Positions 9,334 to 18,008 of a stretch of 32,000 nucleotides of DNA are shown piece by piece. The stretch is taken from contig NZ_CP034549.1 in NCBI RefSeq assembly GCF_003966335.1, positions 360,001 to 392,000 on the forward strand. Direction: 5' to 3'. The notes under the pieces were generated by a model that worked only from the letters and a program-made list of their open reading frames with translations, searched no databases and was not told the origin of the DNA. Origin of the DNA: Nonlabens ponticola (GTDB lineage: Bacteria > Bacteroidota > Bacteroidia > Flavobacteriales > Flavobacteriaceae). The first letter of the stretch is position 1; every line of letters starts with the position of its first letter. The translations under genes were made by a program, and so were the position numbers.

Positions 9334-11011
9334 TCCCATAGTTGAAGTTCAAGGCTTGAACCTAAGTTTTTCAACGAACCATGGTAGCATTCAAGTACTT
9401 CATGATGTGTCGTTCGATCTTCATCCTAACGAGATACTAGCCATCGTTGGTGAGTCTGGCAGCGGTAAATCTGTTACCAGCAAGGTGCTCATGGGCTTGT
9501 TACCAGAGAAAATTACTCAAATAGACTGCAGGAAACTAGAGGTACAACAGAATGATATTAGAGATTTTAAGGAGCGTGATTGGTCTCGCTTTCGCGGAAG
9601 CGTCATCTCAATGATCTTTCAAGAACCTATGAGCAGCCTGAATCCTACTATAACTTGTGGACAACAGGTGGCTGAGATACTGAAAATCCACACTTCACTT
9701 AACACACTACAACGCAAGACTGAAGTTCTTGAGCTTTTTGAAAAAGTAAAATTGCCAGAACCTGAAGTCACCTATAAAAAATATCCACATGAGATAAGTG
9801 GTGGCCAGATGCAACGTGTGATGATCGCGATGGCAATTGCCTGTAAACCTAAAATCCTAATTGCAGATGAGCCAACGACGGCGCTTGATGTGACTGTGCA
9901 GCAAGAAATCTTGATGCTACTCAAGGAATTGCAGGCAGATTATGGTATGAGCATGATTTTTATATCGCACGATCTAGGTGTGGTAAAATCCTTTGCAGAT
10001 CGTATTCTGGTGATGTATCAAGGTAGGATTGTAGAATCCGAGACAGCCACAAATATTTTTGAAAATGCACAACACGACTACACAAAAGCTTTGATCAACT
10101 CAAGACCTGATCCCGAGCAGCGCGTGAAACGACTGCCTACCATTACTGACTTTTTAAATGATACTGTAAAATCTGTTTATGAAGATGTATCAAAACGTCA
10201 TGAGCGATTGTCAATCATGTATGATAAGGCGCCCGTCCTAACAGTGGAAAATGTAGTAAAGGACTATCTAGGCAATAGAAACTCGGTTTTTGGTAAACGA
10301 TACATGTTTAGAGCGGTCGACCATGTGAGTTTTGAGCTGTATCCACAGGAAAGTCTAGGTGTTGTGGGCGAGAGCGGTTGTGGAAAGAGTACTTTAGGTA
10401 ACATGATCACTGGCTTGCGTGATGCCACCAGTGGTAGTATTAGGTATCACGGTACTGATCTATCACAACTATCCCAAAAAGACTGGCGTGCCTATCGTAA
10501 GGATATCCAGATCATTTTTCAGGATCCATTTGCGTCACTCAATCCTAGAATAAAAATAGGTGAAGCAATCATAGAACCCATGCAGATTCATGGGATAGGA
10601 AGCAACCATAAAGAGCGTAAAAAGATGGTGGAAAAGCTCCTAGAACAAGTAGGTCTAGAGGCATCACATTATGATCGATACCCACATGAATTTAGTGGTG
10701 GTCAACGTCAACGTATAGGCATCGCCCGCACTGTAGCTCTGCAACCTAAAATTATTGTTTGTGATGAGTCTGTGAGCGCGCTAGATATATCAGTACAAGC
10801 ACAAGTACTTAATCTGCTCAACGAGTTGAAGGAATTATATGACTTTTCCTATTTGTTTATCTCGCACGATCTAGCGGTAATAAAATATTTCTGCGATCGA
10901 GTGATCGTCATGAATAAAGGTAAAATTGAGGAAATTCAAGAGGCCGATGCACTGTTTGCAAAGCCTACTTCAACTTATACTAGAAAATTAATTGATTCTA
11001 TACTGCACTAA
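9320..11011 (+). CDS. Duplicated (two-NBD) ABC transporter ATP-binding protein, DppD/DppF-YejF type
   Basis: Two Walker A motifs (GESGSGKS, GESGCGKS), two signatures (ISGGQMQR, FSGGQRQR) and two Walker B motifs (LIADEPTTALD, IVCDESVSALD). The start is TTG at 9320 and overlaps the exonuclease gene by 14 nt. No permease or binding-protein gene is nearby. Confidence 0.9.
   Translation: MSSNNPIVEVQGLNLSFSTNHGSIQVLHDVSFDLHPNEILAIVGESGSGKSVTSKVLMGLLPEKITQIDCRKLEVQQNDIRDFKERDWSRFRGSVISMIFQEPMSSLNPTITCGQQVAEILKIHTSLNTLQRKTEVLELFEKVKLPEPEVTYKKYPHEISGGQMQRVMIAMAIACKPKILIADEPTTALDVTVQQEILMLLKELQADYGMSMIFISHDLGVVKSFADRILVMYQGRIVESETATNIFENAQHDYTKALINSRPDPEQRVKRLPTITDFLNDTVKSVYEDVSKRHERLSIMYDKAPVLTVENVVKDYLGNRNSVFGKRYMFRAVDHVSFELYPQESLGVVGESGCGKSTLGNMITGLRDATSGSIRYHGTDLSQLSQKDWRAYRKDIQIIFQDPFASLNPRIKIGEAIIEPMQIHGIGSNHKERKKMVEKLLEQVGLEASHYDRYPHEFSGGQRQRIGIARTVALQPKIIVCDESVSALDISVQAQVLNLLNELKELYDFSYLFISHDLAVIKYFCDRVIVMNKGKIEEIQEADALFAKPTSTYTRKLIDSILH
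9588..9601. repeat. Copy 3 (degenerate, 13/14) of the iterated palindrome: GCTTTCGCGgAAGC
   Basis: One A-to-G mismatch. It lies in the ABC ATPase gene and reads (C)GC TTT CGC GGA AGC, giving RFRGS, the same phase as the gldH copy. Confidence 0.7.
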
Positions 11012-11211
11012 CGCTTCTCTAAAAAGCGAAAAACGTACGGTTTACTAATTGAACGACACCTTTCACTAGGGTGTAAGTAGCATTGATATTCTTAACGATA
11101 ACTTTCATAAGGGGACAATTGAGATATAAATATCTTAATAAACTCCCAATAAACAGCTAATCGACATCATAAAATCGATGAAATACACTAAAATACTTTC
11201 TATTTTGTTAA

Positions 11212-11850
11212 TTAGAAGTGTAAGCCTTTTTTCTGCTCATCCTTAAGATGATCTAGATATAGTATGCCTCGCAAATGATCTACCTCGTGCTGCACAACGA
11301 CCGCAGTAAAATCTGTGATGCTTTCTACGATATTTGTTTGTTCCAGATTATCATATTTCACTAGAACCGTTTTTGCTCTCATGGTTAAGGTATCTGTCCG
11401 ATTAGGTATGGAGAGGCAACCTTCACGACAATCTTGTTTCTCATCAGAATAATTGGTGATTACAGGATTAATAAACACCTCAAAAGGATAACCTTCTTTA
11501 TCAAATCGCTGTACCCAAACCACGTTTTTCAAAATACCTACTTGTGGTGCGGCAATGCCAGCTCCTAGCGACATACTATCACGCACGGTGGCATACATTC
11601 TATCGATAAGCTGAACCAGCACCTTATCATTAGGATCTGGTTTTACATAACTACTCTGCTGGCGTAGAAGCAAGGAATCAGACTCGTTGGTAATTTTAAA
11701 GACACGCATGGGCGTTGTTGACGGTGCCTGCATAATCAGTTCCTGCTGCTGATTAGTAAATACATCACTACCCACTTGAGATTGGGAGGCGCACGCGGCT
11801 ACTAGAATCAATACAAAAACCGAAATACTTTTAAAAAATGATGAATGCAT
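11212..11850 (-). CDS. def: Peptide deformylase with an N-terminal lipoprotein-type signal peptide
   Basis: All three PDF motifs are intact: GAGIAAPQVG, EGCLSIP and HEVDHLRG. The N-terminus MHSSFFKSISVFVLILVAAC fits a lipobox (VAAC). The start lies 4 nt after the stop of the upstream S15 peptidase gene. An internal ATG at 11709 (M48) would give a canonical cytoplasmic-length enzyme. Confidence 0.85.
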   Translation of the reverse strand: MHSSFFKSISVFVLILVAACASQSQVGSDVFTNQQQELIMQAPSTTPMRVFKITNESDSLLLRQQSSYVKPDPNDKVLVQLIDRMYATVRDSMSLGAGIAAPQVGILKNVVWVQRFDKEGYPFEVFINPVITNYSDEKQDCREGCLSIPNRTDTLTMRAKTVLVKYDNLEQTNIVESITDFTAVVVQHEVDHLRGILYLDHLKDEQKKGLHF

Positions 11851-11854
11851 GAGC

Positions 11855-13762
11855 CTATTGTTTTGGTGACCTCGCCGGTAGCTCGATCATATTATTATCG
11901 CCCACTTTTACCATACTATTTCCAGTAATGGTGATTGTTCCTGCGGTAAAGTCATCATCATTTGCCTCGAAAATGTTGTCCACATACTTCTGTGGATTGC
12001 GATCAATGTATGGAAACCAGGTGCTGTGTATTTGTATCATGATGCGATGACCTTTCTTAAAAGTGTGCAACACATCTTGCAACGCAAAATTTACTTGAGT
12101 CTTCTTGCCTTTTTCAAATGGCTCTGGAGTCACAAAACTATTTCTAAAACGTCCTCTAAATGTTTCTGCGCGTACTAGTTGTTGATAACCAGCAAGCGTG
12201 ATATGCTCTGGTGTTTGTGGATCGTTTTTCATATCATTCGGATAGACATCAATGACTTTGACAATGAAATCTGCGTCATCAATATCCTTTAATATGACTT
12301 CAAGATTTGCTTGAATCTCGCCGGATAATCGCTGGTCGTCCTCTAGAATATCTGTAGTAAAAGTAAGTACATCAGGTCGACGTGAGGCATGACGTTGATC
12401 GTCTGTCATATAAGCTCGTGGTGTAAAAGTCACTGGCGTCACCTCACTGCGAAATGGTACTGGTTTCATAGGATCACTGACATAAGAAAACATGGCATCT
12501 TCTTCTACTTCTTCATTGATGGTGAGCTCACCATTTTCTTTAAACCCAAACACGATCTCGTCTTGCTCAGGCGGCCATTTCTCAAATTGCTCCCATTGCT
12601 TGAGACCTGTGTCAAACATGTAGGCTTCTGGTAACTTTGGATTCTTTTTACCCTTTAAGTGGTGCTCAAAGAACGGTGTCTCAATCTGCTTTTGATAAAA
12701 GGTTGACATGCTGTCGCCGTAATAAATATGGTTTACCATTTGAGCGCCGCGCTCGCGTGCCCAATTACCATGGCTCCACGGTCCCATGACGATGGTGTTG
12801 TTTTTATTTTTTGGGTTGTAACGCTCTACATTCTTATAGATCGTTAGTGGCCCATACAAATCCTCTGCATCAAACCAGCCGCCTACGGTCATCACAGCAT
12901 GATCGACATCAGTTAGATGGTTGACAATGGCACGCTTCTGCCAGAATTCGTCATAATTAGGATGTGTGGCAACGTCTTTCCAGAAAAAGTTGTCTGGAAA
13001 AATTTCTTCGGTTACTGTTTTGAGACTTCCTAAACCTAAGTTGAATTGATACGAGTCTTTCAAGTTACCGGCAGCTCTCATGGCATCCCATTTATCTGCA
13101 TACCAGCTTGTGGTAGTAGGTTCTGTCTGGTGACCAAAAACTGGATATGCCATCAAATAACTTTGCAACGTGGCACCATTGTGATGAAAATCATCGAAGA
13201 AAAAATCACCAATAGGTGCCTGTGGAGATGACGCGACTAGCGCTGGATGAGCCTCAGGCAATGCGGCAGCCGTGTAAAAACCTGGATAGGAAATACCCCA
13301 TTGACCTACCTTACCGTTAGTTCCTTTTACGTTTTTGAGCAGCCACTCAATCGTGTCATATGTGTCTGAGCTCTCGTCTATATCTTTTTTATTCTTGACA
13401 TTGTTGCCTGGAATGTGTGGTCGCATGTTATCAAAATCACCTTCACTCATCCATCTACCACGCACGTCTTGATAAACAAATATGTAGCCATCTTCCATCA
13501 TATACTTATTGGGTCCTAAGGATGTCTTGTATTCATCGTCTCCATAGGGTGCGACGCTGTAACAAGTGCGCTGCAACATCATTGGATATTGTTGTGAAGT
13601 ATCCTTAGGCGCATAGACCACCGTGTAAAGTTTGACACCATCGCGCATGGGAATCATGTGGACTTGCTTAGTATAATTTTCAGTTACATAGGTTTGTTGG
13701 GATTGCGCTTTCGCGAAAGCGTAACCCATAACAATCAATAAACACGTGACAAGATTTTTCAT
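11855..13762 (-). CDS. Secreted CocE/NonD-family serine hydrolase (S15 X-Pro dipeptidyl-peptidase-like)
   Basis: 635 aa with signal peptide MKNLVTCLLIVMGYAFAKAQ. The N-terminal block is IPMRDGVKLYTVVYAPKD...YPMMLQRTCY and the nucleophile elbow is WGISYPGF. The large C-terminal beta-sandwich region is typical of PepX_C. Confidence 0.85.
   Translation of the reverse strand: MKNLVTCLLIVMGYAFAKAQSQQTYVTENYTKQVHMIPMRDGVKLYTVVYAPKDTSQQYPMMLQRTCYSVAPYGDDEYKTSLGPNKYMMEDGYIFVYQDVRGRWMSEGDFDNMRPHIPGNNVKNKKDIDESSDTYDTIEWLLKNVKGTNGKVGQWGISYPGFYTAAALPEAHPALVASSPQAPIGDFFFDDFHHNGATLQSYLMAYPVFGHQTEPTTTSWYADKWDAMRAAGNLKDSYQFNLGLGSLKTVTEEIFPDNFFWKDVATHPNYDEFWQKRAIVNHLTDVDHAVMTVGGWFDAEDLYGPLTIYKNVERYNPKNKNNTIVMGPWSHGNWARERGAQMVNHIYYGDSMSTFYQKQIETPFFEHHLKGKKNPKLPEAYMFDTGLKQWEQFEKWPPEQDEIVFGFKENGELTINEEVEEDAMFSYVSDPMKPVPFRSEVTPVTFTPRAYMTDDQRHASRRPDVLTFTTDILEDDQRLSGEIQANLEVILKDIDDADFIVKVIDVYPNDMKNDPQTPEHITLAGYQQLVRAETFRGRFRNSFVTPEPFEKGKKTQVNFALQDVLHTFKKGHRIMIQIHSTWFPYIDRNPQKYVDNIFEANDDDFTAGTITITGNSMVKVGDNNMIELPARSPKQ
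13707..13720. repeat. Copy 4 of the iterated palindrome GCTTTCGCGAAAGC (16-bp palindrome 13706..13721)
   Basis: Perfect match, translated on the minus strand as AFAKA in GYAFAKAQSQ, the signal-peptide cleavage region of the S15 peptidase. Confidence 0.95.
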
Positions 13763-13782
13763 AAGAGTATTTTATCGTGCAC

Positions 13783-13790
13783 TAAAGATA
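13783..13790 (-). promoter_or_regulatory. Near-consensus -7 box (TATCTTTA) for the S15 peptidase-def operon
   Basis: Minus-strand TATCTTTA matches 7 of 8 positions of TAnnTTTG, about 21 nt upstream of the ATG at 13762. Confidence 0.3.
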
Positions 13791-13801
13791 CAGGATGTAT
13801 A

Positions 13802-13830
13802 TAAAAAAGCCTCTCTTAACGAAAGGCTTT
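13802..13830 (-). terminator. Rho-independent terminator after the BNR-repeat gene
   Basis: The stem AAGCCT/AGGCTT (13807..13812 and 13824..13829) is followed on the minus strand by a T-run (TTTTTTAT). It lies about 67 nt downstream of the stop at 13896. Confidence 0.55.
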
Positions 13831-13895
13831 GATCACTGTAGAGCAGCTCTCCTGCGCGGCATCATATGTGCCAGCATGAGTAATACTTTGTTTTA

Positions 13896-16800
13896 CTATC
13901 GCTTGATGAGTTTGCGTGTTGCACTGTTGCCACCAGATGTTATGGTCATAAAATACATACCAGTCGCCATGTCCTCAAGGTTGACTGTACTGTTTTTATT
14001 AGCGCCTGCATCTTGTTGCAACACCATTTTACCCGTCAAGTCATGTACTGTGATGCTGTAATCAGCATCTGATTTCCAATTGATGTTGAAAATACCACTA
14101 CTAGGATTAGGAAAAATTGCAAAATCGACGCTCGTCTCGCTTGCATTGTTAAGTGTTCCTGTCACTTTGAGGTTATCAAGAATTACACCTTCATTATTTA
14201 CCGATTGATCAGACTCAAATACAAACCTAAAAACAACATCCTGTTGTCCAGCAAGATTTCTCAATGAGGTGGCATAGGGCTTCATCTCACTATCAGTTCC
14301 AGTCCACTGTCCACCTGGACAATTGAAACAGTTGCTACCATCCGGGCCACGATCTGAATTATACCAGGTCTCACTACTAGCATCGCCTAACAATGACCAG
14401 TTAGCACCATGATCAATAGAATATTCTACATACATCACGTCCCAATTCTCCTCAAGGTCATACGCCATATCAAATTCTAGTACGAGATTACTAGCATTTG
14501 AGAAGTTGTAACAACCTGTATATAGAAATGATTTAGTAAGATCTGGATAGTTACCGTTTAAGTTGGTACCATAAACTTGACGCCCACTTTCTGCATCCTT
14601 GAGAATGGATCCATTAGGAACGCCACGTTCCCATAATGATTCATTGCCTCTTGAGTTGACGCTTACCAGAGAACGCTGTTCAAACTCATAAGTGTCGCCT
14701 ATGCGGCTGCCTTGATTTTGTATAAACTGACGCTCTTTAAAGTTGTTTCCTAGAAATGCGTCACCATCTGTAGAGACTTCAACCCTTACCATATAGCTAC
14801 CTGGTGGCAGATTTAATTCGGACAGTATAATCTCTTGCTGTTGTCCAGCAACTATTGACATATCAAAGTTTTGAGCGATGATGTCGTTTCCTATCGTACG
14901 TGTAATCGTGAAATTATCAATGTCCTGAAGACCATTATTAGACACTTGAAGTCTCAACCCTAAATCCGTGCAGTCAATTTTACCAGTCGTACTTTCTACT
15001 GACTGCAAGCTCAAGTCCATTTGAGGACTAACTGGAGTTACAGCCGTTTGCCAGATACCACGACCATAGGTAGCGGCTGTCAATATTTGATCTACTGGAT
15101 TGATCTCAAGATCTGTAACACTCACATTAGGCAGGTTGTTGGCAAATTTGCTCCACGTTCCTGCAACGCTATCATACTTGTACACGCCTATAGTAGTTCC
15201 TAGGAACAAGGCATCATCTGCACTATTGATATGGTGAGCTATCGTGTTTTTACCTATTTGCGGCAGGTTAGAAGTGATGTCAGTAAATGTCATACCCATA
15301 TCATCGCTGCGCATCACCTGACCTATTGAATAGGCTGTTGAAACATAAACTGTATTATCATTATTGTTGTTCACTTCAATCGCAGTTATTGGGCCTGGCA
15401 TTTCTACCAACCAGGTGAAGTTCACACCAGCATCCACACTACGGAATAATTGACGATCATAAGCGACGTAGATGATATCATCGTTAATTGGATTAATCTC
15501 AATTACAGACAGGTTCTCTGCGAAAGCATTTGACTGAGCTACAAACTGCCCTTGCTCTACTTTATATAGACTCTTGTAACCTGCATAGATATCACCTTTG
15601 GAATTAGTTTTAAGCGGCGTAATCCAATTACCTTGTTCAGGGCCAGCTATAGCACTATATGTCTCACCAGAATTTGAAGTAACATACAAACCACCACCAA
15701 ATTGACTGAAACCATATCTAACGTTTGAATCTAGTGGGCTCACACCAGCTTCCATACCATCTGCACCATGGTAGTTTTTCCAGGTCCCATTACTACTGGT
15801 GTAACCACCATTATCCTGTAGGCCACCGGCCATGTTAGAGCTACTGTCAGACCCAACTGCAACACGATAGAATTGACCTATTTGCAATCCTGCTGTAAGA
15901 TCAGTAAATGATCTACCATTGTTAGTGCTGCGGTAGATACCGCCATCAGACATAACGTAAAGCTCACCATCAAATTCACGTATTTGGTGAATATCAGCAT
16001 GCGTGTAAGTTGATGAGGCTGGATTATTCCAGGTATTGATTCTATCAAATGATCGACCACCATTAGATGATTTCCAGACATTTAAACAACCTGTGTATAC
16101 TACATCTTCATCAGTTTGCGATACCTCAAGAGCTAGATCATACCAGCCTTGAGTGCTTTCTAGGATATCAGTACCGTCATCAGTTCTAGAAAAAGTAGAT
16201 CCAGCATTTCTAGACTTGTAAAGACCTGCTAGAGAACCATTATTAGTGATTGCGAGCAAGTAAACCCTGTTAGCATCTGCTGCCGTTACACCTATGACGA
16301 TTCTTGAGATTCCTGTAGCTGGTAAACCGCTTGTAATCTGGGTAAAGGTTGAACCACCGTCCATGGATCTATAAAAGGCGCTGTTAGTAGCTAAGTAGAT
16401 CATATCTGGATTTGAAGGGTTGAGCTTCACATCCTTGATGTTGCCATTGAAGGTTTTGGTTACTGTTGTTCCTGCATTATTAGAAACATAAAACCCACGA
16501 CTACTTGCGATCAATATTTTTCTAGAATTGGTTGGATCAATATATACCTCGCTTATTCTAGCATCGTATCCAGTAAAAGAAAGACCTGTCTCATTAAACG
16601 TCTCACCACCATCAGTAGATTTAAGCAAGCCTATACTAGCCGTATCGCCAGCATCGTCATCACCTGTTCCTATATATATAATATCACTGTTATTTTTGTC
16701 AACGGCAATGGCGCTAACACCTATTTGAGATAAAAAATCAGTTCGTGGTGTCCAGTCAATACCAGCATTAGTTGATTTCCACATGCCGCCAGCTGGCGTT

Positions 16801-17237
16801 CCTAGGTAGTAGATATCTGGATTGTTAGGGTCCACGGCAATGGTATTAGTACGACCTTGTCCTGGTGACCATGATGATGTGTGTTTGTAATCAAATGGTC
16901 CTACAGGATTCCATTGTGAATCGTCATTACTAGACTTTGCAATGTTTGAGGACTCAATAATTTCCTGAAGTTGAGATACCGTTTGGAGTGTACCATCGGC
17001 ATTGAGAAAGGGCTTAGCACGTTCTAGCCATCTCATGAATGGTTTATAACCGCTACCTTTTGCATCTTTATCATGAGAAGCCCAGTACGCCTCACCAGCG
17101 CTCTTTACCTGATCGTATGTGATCCCGTTTGCATTTTTGGCAGGTGTTATATCTGTCATCCATGGAGCATCAGTTCCAATTTGAGCGACGCCAAACAATG
17201 GTAGCATTAATAAACAAACAATAGTAAAAATTTTCAT
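13896..17237 (-). CDS. Large secreted BNR/Asp-box repeat protein (sortilin/VPS10- or GH74-like tandem beta-propellers) with a T9SS C-terminal sorting domain
   Basis: At least 9 Asp-box-like motifs: STNAGIDW, STDGGETF, SMDGGSTF, SRNAGSTF, SSNGGRSF, STNNGRSF, SNSGETY, SVDAGVNF and SDDMGMTF. The signal peptide MKIFTIVCLLMLPLFGVAQ starts at M20 of the tracked ORF (ATG at 17237). The C-terminus FAIFPNPSSGIFNINW...GMYFMTITSGG is a Por secretion tail. Confidence 0.8.
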   Translation of the reverse strand: MKIFTIVCLLMLPLFGVAQIGTDAPWMTDITPAKNANGITYDQVKSAGEAYWASHDKDAKGSGYKPFMRWLERAKPFLNADGTLQTVSQLQEIIESSNIAKSSNDDSQWNPVGPFDYKHTSSWSPGQGRTNTIAVDPNNPDIYYLGTPAGGMWKSTNAGIDWTPRTDFLSQIGVSAIAVDKNNSDIIYIGTGDDDAGDTASIGLLKSTDGGETFNETGLSFTGYDARISEVYIDPTNSRKILIASSRGFYVSNNAGTTVTKTFNGNIKDVKLNPSNPDMIYLATNSAFYRSMDGGSTFTQITSGLPATGISRIVIGVTAADANRVYLLAITNNGSLAGLYKSRNAGSTFSRTDDGTDILESTQGWYDLALEVSQTDEDVVYTGCLNVWKSSNGGRSFDRINTWNNPASSTYTHADIHQIREFDGELYVMSDGGIYRSTNNGRSFTDLTAGLQIGQFYRVAVGSDSSSNMAGGLQDNGGYTSSNGTWKNYHGADGMEAGVSPLDSNVRYGFSQFGGGLYVTSNSGETYSAIAGPEQGNWITPLKTNSKGDIYAGYKSLYKVEQGQFVAQSNAFAENLSVIEINPINDDIIYVAYDRQLFRSVDAGVNFTWLVEMPGPITAIEVNNNNDNTVYVSTAYSIGQVMRSDDMGMTFTDITSNLPQIGKNTIAHHINSADDALFLGTTIGVYKYDSVAGTWSKFANNLPNVSVTDLEINPVDQILTAATYGRGIWQTAVTPVSPQMDLSLQSVESTTGKIDCTDLGLRLQVSNNGLQDIDNFTITRTIGNDIIAQNFDMSIVAGQQQEIILSELNLPPGSYMVRVEVSTDGDAFLGNNFKERQFIQNQGSRIGDTYEFEQRSLVSVNSRGNESLWERGVPNGSILKDAESGRQVYGTNLNGNYPDLTKSFLYTGCYNFSNASNLVLEFDMAYDLEENWDVMYVEYSIDHGANWSLLGDASSETWYNSDRGPDGSNCFNCPGGQWTGTDSEMKPYATSLRNLAGQQDVVFRFVFESDQSVNNEGVILDNLKVTGTLNNASETSVDFAIFPNPSSGIFNINWKSDADYSITVHDLTGKMVLQQDAGANKNSTVNLEDMATGMYFMTITSGGNSATRKLIKR

Positions 17238-17261
17238 ACAGTGACTTCCTGACTTGAAGGG

Positions 17262-17269
17262 CAAATTTA
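17262..17269 (-). promoter_or_regulatory. -7 promoter element TAAATTTG (TAnnTTTG) for the BNR-repeat gene
   Basis: Exact consensus on the minus strand, 25 nt upstream of the ATG at 17237. It lies inside the longer tracked ORF, which supports the shorter start. Confidence 0.45.
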
Positions 17270-17335
17270 GCGATACCAACCACCTCAAAATCATGCTATT
17301 CTATCGCAGGTAGATAAGTTGGGTCAACCGTTTGT

Positions 17336-17379
17336 TTAAACGATTAAACGCACCCATTCAATCGCGTTAAATCGTTTAA
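17336..17379. promoter_or_regulatory. 16-bp imperfect inverted repeat (TTAAACGATTAAACGC ... GCGTTAAATCGTTTAA) built from four TTAAACG-like half-sites; candidate operator
   Basis: Arms at 17336..17351 and 17364..17379 match 15 of 16 positions, with a 12-nt spacer. It lies about 100-140 nt upstream of the BNR gene start, and no T-run follows on either strand. Confidence 0.35.
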
Positions 17380-17490
17380 GTCTCCATTACGCAGGCTTGT
17401 TTTAAGGCTAAAACGCCCTATTTACAGCTATTGTGGTTCATTGGACACTTGGGTCACTGGTCGATGTATTTGATATTTACTAGATACAAA

Positions 17491-17982
17491 TCACCTTTTA
17501 AGTGTAGATTTAAAAGTGGTATCCCAAGAGGCCTTCAATTGAGTGACTTCATTCATGTTATCGTTGGGAACCGTAGGTGACAACACATAATGAGCAATTT
17601 TATAGACACCATCCTGTTGATACATAACACCACTACCTCGACAAATTCCCATTTGCGTATCCAGCAATTCATCAAAATATATCACGCCTGATCGTTCATA
17701 GATATTACGTTCTAGGGATGTAAAAGACCAGGCTTTTCCCTTGTCAAAATATGGTTTTGAAAAAGCTTTAAATTCTTCTAGTTGCCAGTTCTCACTGGCG
17801 TCGGTGCCTATGAAAACTGCATCGCTAGTCATTAAATTAAAATATGCATCAAAATCTGCGGACGATGCCGCAGCATGCCAATTGTCGATTTGCTGGGACA
17901 CTTCATCTTTATTGATGTTTTGATAACTGGAACACGCCGTAAGTAATATAATAGCCAGTAAAAAGATTGCTTTTTTCATCAT
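17491..17982 (-). CDS. NTF2-like (SnoaL/DUF4440-type) lipoprotein
   Basis: Lipobox LLTAC. The sequence IDNWHAAASSADFDAYFNLMTSDAVFIGTDASENW and the overall ~160-aa size fit the NTF2-like fold family. Confidence 0.65.
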   Translation of the reverse strand: MMKKAIFLLAIILLTACSSYQNINKDEVSQQIDNWHAAASSADFDAYFNLMTSDAVFIGTDASENWQLEEFKAFSKPYFDKGKAWSFTSLERNIYERSGVIYFDELLDTQMGICRGSGVMYQQDGVYKIAHYVLSPTVPNDNMNEVTQLKASWDTTFKSTLKR

Positions 17983-18008
17983 CGATAATTTTCAAGGAAG
18001 GTAATTAA

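Noticed and set aside
11012-11211. 200-nt non-coding gap between the convergent ABC ATPase and def genes, examined for a small RNA, small ORF or terminators.
   Set aside because: Only short 5-6 bp stems are present (CGCTT/AAGCG at about 11013..11029 and ACACCT/AGG(G)TGT at about 11056..11074), with no adjacent T-runs. A 22-codon ORF starting at 11178 overlaps the def 3' end. Nothing can be supported without expression or conservation data.
15515-15527. Possible ninth, degenerate copy of the palindrome (tctctGCGAAAGC, encoding AFAEN on the minus strand).
   Set aside because: Only one half-site (GCGAAAGC) matches, the other arm is unrelated, and the flanks differ. It is indistinguishable from a chance 8-mer match.
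17238-17294. 19-codon N-terminal extension of the BNR-repeat ORF (tracked start at 17294).
   Set aside because: A canonical signal peptide begins at the internal Met (ATG at 17237), and an exact TAnnTTTG -7 box lies inside the extension. The shorter start is therefore preferred.
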